Part shown: one piece after another, positions 57,101 through 64,000 of the stretch | Numbering within the stretch: position 1 is the first letter of the stretch | Layout: each line of letters starts with the position of its first letter | NCBI GenBank assembly: GCA_951804945.1 | Contig: OX638160.1 | Span: forward strand, 25,110,001-25,174,000 | DNA length: 64,000 bases | From: Podarcis cretensis | Lineage: Eukaryota | Direction of reading: 5' to 3' | Program-made: the position numbers and the translations under genes | The notes under the pieces: generated by a model | Told to the model about the DNA's origin: nothing | The model's input: the letters and a program-made list of their open reading frames with translations, nothing else | The model's database searches: none

Positions 57101-59684
57101 GTGCAGCTTAGCTATATGAAAACTCTCCTTTCATTAATTGGCTTCTGATGTGCCTAGGTAGTATTATTGAGTTCTCTTTCTTTCTTTTTGCATGCCGCTA
57201 ATGTGTTTGGTTCTCTTGTGCACCCCATACAGTCTACTCGAGTTGAGTTCTTTTGAGGGTTTCGGGTTCCCTGGCTGCACCAGTTTTGGTCATGGAATGC
57301 ACATGGTGCATTTCCTTCTGACCCTGGGAGCAAACCATCTTTGCCTTTTCCAGCCTGAGTTCAAGAGGCTGGTTCTTTATGAATGGCTGCATTTGTATGC
57401 TTTTACCTTGTGCAAAAAAAAAACCCCTCTGTCAAAGTATAAATAGCTTTAAGTGTCCGGTGTGTAAGGTGACAAAAAATAAGAAGATAATATCATGTTT
57501 AATAAAGCCAGTACTTTTTTGGGTGTGTGTAAAAAAATGAGGTGCAGATACCTGTATATTGATAAAAGTGGCAAAGGTAAAAGTGCTCAAAATTGCTTCC
57601 ATGGCTAGCAGGAAAAAAGAGGTTCCAGTATTTTGTACCAGTGAATACCCCCCCCCCCCCAATGCTCTGAATAAAGCAGTTGCACCTTTCAAGACCAGTG
57701 TTTTTTATATTTCGGAATCGACCAAGAGAATCTTTTGCCAATTCACTCTTCCCCTTGCATACCTCAGTGAATTCCAAAAACCAGTCCCAGAGACTTGGGA
57801 GACCCTCCAGAACAGGGTGGAAGGTGGCTGGGGGCTTGAAAGACTGCAGGGGGAATAGGCAAAAATCGCTTTGCCCCCTTTTCCGTTTTGGAGGCATCTA
57901 CTTGATCAAAAGTTCTTTTGTGAGCACAAGCACACCAGTTGAATCCCACCACTGTTTGCTGCTACTTTAATGGTGCTCCTTTGTCCACACAGCAGCAGCA
58001 ATTGTATACACAAGTGCATTGGCTGATATTTCTCTACTTAGGATGTGTGTGTTTTTAGTATCTTCAGGGTAAACGTTTAAAGTCTGATCTTCAGAGCCAA
58101 AGTTTAAATTCAGATCTTGATCGAACATTTCCATGTTCAATAAATAAAAGTTTATTTCATGCCAATGAAAGTTTATTCAATAAATAAAAGTTTATTCATG
58201 CCAATGAAATGAAATACTAGGCAAATTAAACCATATTTCCCAATTGCAGGCTTAGGTAAACCTGATTGCAAAGGGAGAAATAACAATATATTAATAACCC
58301 CCCACCAAGGAATTCTTCATGGGGATTAAAAACTCCATCCCAAAATGGAGTTGTTCCATTTGTCCCTGGCGATTCTGACAGCCGACATAATTGAGGAAGA
58401 CAGTAGGGAGACCCGTGGCTGCCGACAGTTGACTGAGGTGTGTATTCAGTTGGCTGGCTCATTCAGTCGAGTTTACAACTTTTGAGGAATTTACAGCATT
58501 TTGCTCAGCCAGAACACATGGGCAGCAAGCCTATGCATGGTAAGTTCCATGGCCTCTAGGGGAGCTTACTCCCAGGTAAGTGTTGTAATCCAAAGCAGAA
58601 AAATCAGAAAGATAATGGTTGGAGTGATTTGTTTAGTTATATTGTTTCTTCCAGGTACAATTTTTTCATCATCTTATATCCCGTGGGAGTCATCGGTGAG
58701 CTTTTAACCATTTATGCTGCCTTACCTTACGTGAAGAGATCGGGGATGTTTTCAGTGAGACTTCCCAACAAGTATAATGTCTCTTTTGACTACTACTATT
58801 TCCTCCTCATCGTCATGGCATCCTACGTACCATGTAGGTATCGATAGATGCATGTGGAAACATTTGTCTTTTAAAAGTGCCATTCAAAAGCTTATCCTAT
58901 CTTCTTTTATTACTCAGTTACCATAGCTTGCATCTTTCCATAACAAAGTAATATGTAATAATCCCAAGCCATCCCCATTCTTCCAAATTCAATCATGCTA
59001 ACCCCCCTGTGCTTTCTGCCTTCAATGAATTGCTCAGGATGAAACACTGCTTTGGGCTACATGTTCTTTTGGCTTATTTTCGTTGAGAACTGTTCTCTTT
59101 ACGATTGCTCTTTTTAGAAATTGTTTCCATCATTCTATGGTGGAGGTTTTAAGACTGCTGCTTTAGGACTTGGCTGATGTATGCATTTAAAATTTATTGC
59201 ATGATTGTTTGTAAGCTGTCTTGAATCCTTAAAAAAGAAGAAGCTGGGGCATATGGCTGAAATTCAAACTTTGACTGGGGTGGAGCCATTCCTCCATCAA
59301 GCCCACCTCCAACCCATGGAGCGATGCCCCAATCCCTCTGTGATTCCCTGTTCTGTCCCTATAAGAAATGCTGTGGTTGGATCCCTGAAACTGGGCATTC
59401 CAGTCTGTGGGGACAGACTGAGCCAGCCCCATTACCACCCCTGATTACCCTGGCCCCTCCCTGCCTTGCTTCCTGACCAATGTGAACAGCAAGGCAATGG
59501 TGACCCTACTGCAGCCATGGTGGGGGGTTTGGATGACAAAAAATACCCAATTCCGTTTGCTACAGTTACACGTCTCTGCTCTTTCTTTTCTTCCCTAACA
59601 GTGTTTCCGCAACTGTACTTCCACATGCTTCGTCAAAGAAGAAAAGTGCTTCACGGCGAAGTGATTGTAGAAAAGGATGATTAA
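41095..59684 (+). CDS. HACD1: HACD1 (PTPLA), very-long-chain 3-hydroxyacyl-CoA dehydratase 1, complete spliced CDS: join(41095..41234,46449..46566,50396..50414,50496..50584,55459..55580,58655..58833,59602..59684); 750 nt, 249 aa (298 aa if the in-frame ATG at 40948 is used)
   Basis: MASSEEDG...[36 protein letters not shown]...[16 protein letters not shown]...[20 protein letters not shown]. Phs1/HACD catalytic Tyr-x6-Glu present. All introns GT-AG. Confidence 0.97.
41998..42190 (+). mobile_element. MIR/CORE-like tRNA-derived SINE (Squam3-like)
   Basis: tgtggtatagtggtta A box, ggttcaa B box, ctcacaaggttgttg core, gggtataaata..aataaat tail. Confidence 0.6.
42385..43670 (+). mobile_element. Old degenerate CR1 LINE fragment (host of the BovB insertion)
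   Basis: Decayed CR1 RT C-terminus (..[16 protein letters not shown].., PLYKS.V..H..Y..QF-like) and a CR1-like 3'UTR; edges approximate. Confidence 0.7.
42416..42749 (-). mobile_element. BovB (RTE) LINE 3' fragment
   Basis: [41 protein letters not shown]...[12 protein letters not shown]; (CAA)n tail; target AAAATTGCAAATGT duplicated. Confidence 0.93.
44723..44859. mobile_element. hAT-type MITE inserted in a MIR-like SINE remnant
   Basis: Imperfect TIRs tagggcttttttc / gaaaaatagcactg; 7/8 TSD GGTGAG(C/G)C at 44715-44722 and 44860-44867. Confidence 0.6.
46449..46566 (+). CDS. HACD1: HACD1 exon 2 (118 nt)
   Basis: [39 protein letters not shown]; tctag| and |gtaagt. Confidence 0.96.
47831..48054. 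mobile_element. Tc1/mariner-type MITE, related family
   Basis: TA|CAGTCATACCTCGGGTT ... AACCCGAGCATCCACTG|TA; a degenerate partial copy starts at 2411. Confidence 0.75.
48112..48148. repeat. (GT)n microsatellite
   Basis: Direct reading. Confidence 0.95.
48766..48901. mobile_element. hAT-type MITE (136 bp)
   Basis: 15/16 TIR CAGG(C/G)TTCCTCAACCT; perfect 8-bp TSD GTCTAAAG at 48758-48765 and 48902-48909. Older relatives near 6408-6541, 10590-10715, 18260-18372, 23790-23900 and 55079-55200. Confidence 0.92.
49083..49374 (+). mobile_element. Sauria SINE, 5'-truncated, inside the L2 fragment
   Basis: ggcggttcaaatcccc...ggggtccctttacct, the reverse complement of the other copies. Confidence 0.88.
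50166..50314 (+). mobile_element. Penelope-like element fragment (GIY-YIG endonuclease region)
   Basis: [38 protein letters not shown]; flanked by 14-bp direct repeat ATGAGAATAGACCA (50152-50165, 50315-50328). Confidence 0.8.
50396..50414 (+). CDS. HACD1: HACD1 exon 3 (19-nt micro-exon)
   Basis: IIHCAF+G; tacag| and |gtgagt; needed to keep the frame between exons 2 and 4. Confidence 0.92.
50496..50584 (+). CDS. HACD1: HACD1 exon 4 (89 nt)
   Basis: (G)[29 protein letters not shown]; ttaag| and |gtaagt; preceded by an 81-nt intron. Confidence 0.95.
51570..51584 (+). promoter_or_regulatory. Candidate CTCF core motif
   Basis: CCAGCAGGTGGCAGT matches the CCASYAGRKGGC consensus. Confidence 0.5.
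51938..52294 (-). mobile_element. Sauria SINE, full length
   Basis: Same consensus as 14263; (ACCTTT)n tail; TSD TCCCCCTAAG at 51928-51937 and 52295-52304. Confidence 0.9.
55459..55580 (+). CDS. HACD1: HACD1 exon 5 (122 nt)
   Basis: [40 protein letters not shown](R); tacag| and weak donor |gtggag. Confidence 0.95.
58655..58833 (+). CDS. HACD1: HACD1 exon 6 (179 nt, catalytic Tyr/Glu)
   Basis: [59 protein letters not shown]; tccag| and |gtaggt. Confidence 0.96.
59602..59684 (+). CDS. HACD1: HACD1 exon 7 (coding part, 83 nt including stop)
   Basis: (L)[26 protein letters not shown]; aacag| acceptor. Confidence 0.96.
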
Positions 59685-60137
59685 AAACAAGCCCTTTTAA
59701 CCATGGTGCTTTTTCAGAGTAACAAACCAAAATCCAGAATGTGTTGCACGAGTCCAAGTGTGAAATCATGGAACAAAAATAACCAGTGCACAAAACCAAC
59801 ATCGATCATCTTATTTAGTAATGCTAATATTTTTCGGACTTCGCTATTTCAAGTCTGCATTAATTTTTGGTACTGTCTCCACCCCCACTCGTCAAATTTA
59901 GGGGCCTTTTCATATGTTCAAAACACTGCATGTACCTGGAGGGGGCTCCTTTCTTCTGCGGAAGGGTCCTCCTAGCCATTAGGAGAGCTTTTCAGGGGAA
60001 TGCAGGAATGCTGTTGTGGGGGGGGGGGAGCTGTAGAAAACGACACACATCCCTTGGGATCCTGGCCTGCGTCTTCCTTTAAATGTCATCATAGGCTTAT
60101 CAGATTTCCCGCCTGTTAATATCTAATAAGGAGAATT

Positions 60138-60143
60138 AATAAA
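60138..60143 (+). terminator. Probable HACD1 polyadenylation signal AATAAA
   Basis: First AATAAA after the stop codon (~450 nt downstream), followed by T/GT-rich sequence. Confidence 0.55.
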
Positions 60144-60802
60144 ATGTACCTTTTATCTGTGTACATATAATCAATTTGAAACTGAAGACCATTTCAGTGG
60201 CTGCAAAAACAAAAACCTGAATGGTTTTCAGAAGCATCTCCTTGAAACTGATGCCAAGTGGGCTGTTCACTGTAAATGGAGATGGGAATGAGCTCAGTCT
60301 TAAATGCTGCAATTTTTATTTTTTTTTTAGCTCCTGGAAGGCAGTTGTCTTATTTAAAAGAATTCTGCAATACCTGCAATATGTTCTACACAAAAAAGAT
60401 CAGATCAAAAATTCAGCTGTCCAGATAATTTAAGGGCAAGGGGTATTTTTGTTCATTTTAAGAAATGTTTATGTGCCAAAATACAATCAAAAAGAGAAAA
60501 GTGTACGTTTGCCCTCTGCACATTGGCAGTCTGTGATACATGAAATTTTGGTTTACTTTGGTTTACATGACTGTTTAGCAGTTTGCTCAGTAGACAGGAT
60601 CCAAAGAACCACACAACTAATATACCCATGGGACCTTTGGGCTTTTATTTTTCAAAAGGCAGTCCTCTATGTAATATAGAAAATGAGTTTTGAAGCTGAA
60701 GGTGGGGTGGAGTCAAATGATTGCATGTGCATTATGCAGATCTTTAGATCCCAGCCTTTGTGCCTTATTGTAAAAGAATGTAAAATCGTGATAAAGAAAG
60801 TA

Positions 60803-61020
60803 CAGTGGTATCTCGGGTTAAGTACTTAATTTGTTCCGGAGGTTCGTTCTTAACCTGAAACTGTTCTTAACCTGAAGCACCACTTTAGCTAATGGGGCCT
60901 CCCGCTGCTGCCGCACAATTTCTGTTCTCATCCTGAAGCAAAGTTCTTAACCCGAGGTTAGCAAAGTCTGTAACCTGAAGTGTCTGTAACGTAAAGCATA
61001 TGTAACCCGAGGTACCACTG
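60803..61020. mobile_element. Tc1/mariner-type MITE
   Basis: TA|CAGTGGTATCTCGGGTTA ... TAACCCGAGGTACCACTG|TA; same family as 37649. Confidence 0.9.
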
Positions 61021-63867
61021 TACAAGTAAAGGAAATTCAGGGAAAGAAAAACACTGGATATCTCCACCCAGCACCTGCAGTCTAGTCTCACACATCCTGA
61101 AATCTGACTCAAGGGTCAGGGGATTCTACAGAGCACCTGACCTTGGGAAGCTGCCAATAGGGGTGTGTGATCCCTTTCTGCTTTCTGCTTGTGCTATAGG
61201 ATCTTTGGATCCAAGCTGTGATGTGATTATAGCTTGTGGTAAACTCTTTCTTCAAATATACTTGAGTTTATGTGTCTAGTCCTTTCAAATTGTGTATTAG
61301 CAAGGTCTTAGCTGAGGGGAGGGGGGTGCAGCTCTTTACTGTACACTTTTTACTGTAAGTGCTTTTCCGGCAATATAACAATTTTATTTTGGGGGTGGGG
61401 CCTCTGCAATTTAAAAAAACCCACAAAGGTGCTCTAACCATTTTTCATGTTATATAAAGCTTTTAAAATATAGTATCACACAAAATCATTCAGCTGTGTT
61501 TAGATTAAAGGGTTTCAAGTTGCATCAATTATATTTTTGCAGTTACTGTTTAAGCCTGATTTTTTTTTCCTTTTAAAAACGTCAAACTATTTCTTACAAA
61601 ATATCCAGGCAGCTCTTTGGTACGTTTCTGAATTAGTACGGAGAAGAACTATGTGAGAAGATCTACTATTTTTTCAATGGTTAATACGGTTACCTTTTCT
61701 AGCATTTTAACTTCTTAATGCCTAAGTATATTATGTGCCTCATCCTGTAATTCTTGCTGATCTAAATTGGATTTTCTGCAGCTGTTCTTTAAGTAGAAAT
61801 ATTTGGTTCTCATGTATGCTGTTGTTAAACCTGAGGATGTTGTCATACAGTAAACAAGGAAATATTGTAGGTATTTTTTTACCATTTTGTACATCCAATA
61901 TTAAAATAATACAATTTCTTGCAATCATGATTTCTGATTTTCCACAGAGGAGCCATGTAGTATCCCTGGGTTATATTTTAAGGAAGAAAACATTTTAAGG
62001 TGATTTTACTCTGCTAATACTCTGCAAAATTGCACTTCAAATAAACTATTAAATCCACACCCAAATGTTTTTATAGTTCTGCAGTTTCCAGATGTATAGA
62101 ACATAAAGGTTTTTCAGTGCAGGGCTGATGTGATATTGTCACTGATATGTTATTAGCTTCAAACATAATAGTATTTTTAACACACCACCCACCTGACTGG
62201 GTTGCCCCAGCCATTCTGGGCGGCTTCCAACAAAAATACAGGAAAAACAACAACACTTTGTGTCTCCAGATTGACTAGGAAATTATGAATTCAATACATC
62301 CTAGATAATCTGGAGACCTCTGTAAATAGTTCCATTTACATAGACTGTATTACTTAATTTTGGCAACAGATCCCACCAAGAAAATATGATAAATGTAAAC
62401 AATGTTTGGTTGCATTCACGCAATATTATTCTCATAACTGTCTCATTGTCTTAGTTCTGAGCACTGAATGTATGTGGGGTTACTCTAGTTATAGAATCCC
62501 TTTAGGCTGTGGTTGTTCGCCATCTGTGAGAATCAGGTCCCCAAGTTGAGTGGCAGGGCTGTGAACTTGAATAAAATATGGGTGGGGGCAGATAACCCCC
62601 GACCCGCATAACTGATCACAAGACACTGCACACACACACTGTTTGAATGGCAATGCCAATCAACTTTGCCCCCCCCCAAATATTTTATTGCGTAGGGGCG
62701 AAAGGACCTTAGCCCCTAGGAGTTGGCTCCTATGCTAAGTGTCCTGTATTGAGTATATTTTGTGGCTTGATAACAAGTGATTTCCCTCTTTTTTCAGAGG
62801 TCTTCTGCTTAGATGTAATCCAGTCATTTCATGTACAGGTATTTCATGCTGTAAACATAACTCAGCCTATAAACTTGAAGTTCACCAAGGTGTATTTCCC
62901 CAAATACTGTTGTACAATGTAAGTTCTCAAAATGGGGTTGCTTTTTTGAGAAAAGCAGAAAAACTGAACTTTTAAACAAGTTAATTTCACAATGTTTACA
63001 TAGCACCATTTTTGGGATTTGGCTGCATACTAGCCTGCAAGCTAAAGCATATTGTTTCTGGTACTGTGGCTAATTAACTTAACAATTCAGTTAAAATTTG
63101 TGCTTCCTGTTAATTTGGATATGTCTGCTTTTACCAAGCATTGACCAAAGGGCACCGGTCGGTTTATGCAGCTGAAGTTTTTCAGAAGGTTATAGCAGTC
63201 ATTGCATGGATACAAATATTATGTTTCCATAACCAGGATTACTGCACACTCAAGTTCACCTTGAGATTGTAACTGCAATAAATTACAGCACACTTTTTGG
63301 CACATATCCATCTTGTATCCTTCCTCCAATATCCTTCCCCTTTAAATTCAGATATTACCTTATTTAGCAAATAGAGCTTATATTTGTGTAGCCTTTAAAA
63401 ACACACACACAAACTTGGAAAGACTAGTTTGCTGCTAAACCTTGTTGATAATGATTTATTTGTTTACTAACTACCTAGGGACTTACACATGAGTCCGATC
63501 CTGCAGTGTGCTGCTGCGTGTGTTAAATACCAAGCACATTCCAGTGCTACAGATTTCAGGAGCTCTCAAGAACGATCCCTTCCTCCAGTAGTAACTTTTG
63601 CATGTTTGATACAACCTTCACTTAATGGGCCATGAATATTTATCTTCCTTTCCTCAAATAAAGATCTCTCATGTGTTTTGATCTGTAAATTAGTCTTCAA
63701 CCAGTCATTTTGCTGTGTATGTATCTAAGTCTGTCTCTCTCCCATTCCTGTTTTGTAACTAAACATAGGTCCAAGTCTTTCTCAGCATAATCCTATACAT
63801 GTCTTGGTTCAGTGGGCTTGCTCTCAGGAACTGAGCAGAGCATTGGAGCCTCAGTTTCTCTACACTT

Positions 63868-64000
63868 AAAGGTAAAGGGACCCCTGACCATTAGGTCCAG
63901 TCGTGATCAACTCTGGGGTTGCGGCGCTCATCTCGCTTTATTGGCCGAGGGAGCCGGCGTACAGCTTCCGGGTCATGTGGCCAGCATGACTAAGCCGCTT
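63868..64000 (-). mobile_element. Sauria SINE 3' part, cut by the window end
   Basis: aaaggtaaagggacccctgaccattaggtccagtcg..., near-identical to the 14263 copy. Confidence 0.88.

Noticed and set aside
1-64000. CRISPR arrays, operons or prokaryotic defence systems
   Set aside because: The sequence is intron-containing vertebrate DNA, and no repeat-spacer arrays were seen.

Overview
This is vertebrate genomic DNA, almost certainly from a squamate; the Sauria SINE, BovB, CR1 and MITE content points to a lacertid lizard. It holds two complete, divergently transcribed genes. STAM is on the minus strand (14 coding exons, 38421->9092, 542 aa; VHS-UIM-SH3-coiled coil/ITAM). HACD1/PTPLA is on the plus strand (7 exons, 41095->59684, 249 aa, or 298 aa from an upstream in-frame ATG at 40948). 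All exon boundaries were read by eye: every intron is GT-AG and both frames close exactly. The most striking structure is in STAM intron 1. A full-length L1 with intact ORF1 and ORF2 (26058-31980, 17-bp TSD) is inserted into the AATAAA/(TTGA)n 3' tail of a young, 5'-truncated RTE-X-like LINE that has its own 10-bp TSD. The L1 5'UTR appears to contain a spliceable intron. The rest is a patchwork of SINEs, LINE fragments, MITEs, two LTR-like pieces and small duplications, several with unusual junctions: a ~35-bp LINE-tail insertion, a fold-back templated BovB junction, and a TSD-flanked Penelope endonuclease fragment next to a 19-nt micro-exon. I cannot demonstrate a new biological system from sequence alone; the best leads are the retrotransposon targeting and splicing hypotheses. 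Repeat family names come from my recall of consensus sequences, not from a database search.
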